Source: Octopus sinensis
Taxonomy: Eukaryota
DNA: 64,000 bases
Assembly (NCBI RefSeq): GCF_006345805.1
Contig: NC_043002.1
Coordinates: forward strand, 79,174,001-79,238,000
Direction: 5' to 3'
The notes under the pieces were generated by a model. It saw only the letters and a list, made by a program, of their open reading frames with translations, did not search any database and was not told the DNA's origin. A program made the position numbers and the translations under genes. Below are positions 63,842 through 64,000 of this stretch, piece after piece (the stretch's first letter is position 1; every line of letters starts with the position of its first letter).

Positions 63842-64000
63842 GAGCAGATCTTCTGAAGCGAGAGGAAGCCGAAAGGGTATGCTCCCACTTTCAGTGTTTT
63901 CAAATCCAAACCAGGGAGTTCTGAGCTGATGATAGAAATGTCGTATTGACTAATCTTGAAACGTACGTTCTCAAATAACCTTTGCACTTGATTTTTTAAT
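63842..64000 (-). CDS. Candidate coding exon running off the window end
   Basis: Open frame LKNQVQRLFENVRFKISQYDISIISSELPGLDLKTLKVGAYPFGFLSLQKIC(S) in unique DNA; donor TC|gtaact, or a TAA stop directly after if unspliced. Confidence 0.4.

Overview
AT-rich eukaryotic genomic DNA, dominated by microsatellites and transposable elements. The SINE, LINE and microsatellite inventory looks like an octopod cephalopod (inference). There is a 100-N scaffold gap at 1940-2039. Nearly all ORFs in the supplied track are artefacts of simple repeats. The coding content I can support is as follows. (1) Retroelements: a nearly intact R4/Dong-type RT+RLE element at 56266-60136 with a second, 5'-truncated one beside it, plus CR1/L2-like and RTE fragments. 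(2) DNA-transposon relics: mariner, Tc1, pogo/Tigger and hAT types, and MITEs. (3) A probable multi-exon host gene on the minus strand, largely missed by the ORF track. Five phase-compatible GT-AG exons (37355-37389, 36003-36158, 27090-27204, 23757-23796, 18850-18974) splice by hand into a PTB/PID-like domain; this is inference from recalled family motifs and needs an HMM check. Other notable items are a 1.4-kb complex satellite made almost entirely of kB-like and STAT/GAS-like palindromes, near-identical inverted SINE multimers bracketing two exons, several long intronic hairpins, and a microsatellite-associated R4 insertion cluster. I found no rRNA, true tRNA gene or CRISPR array. All coordinates and identities were worked out by eye.
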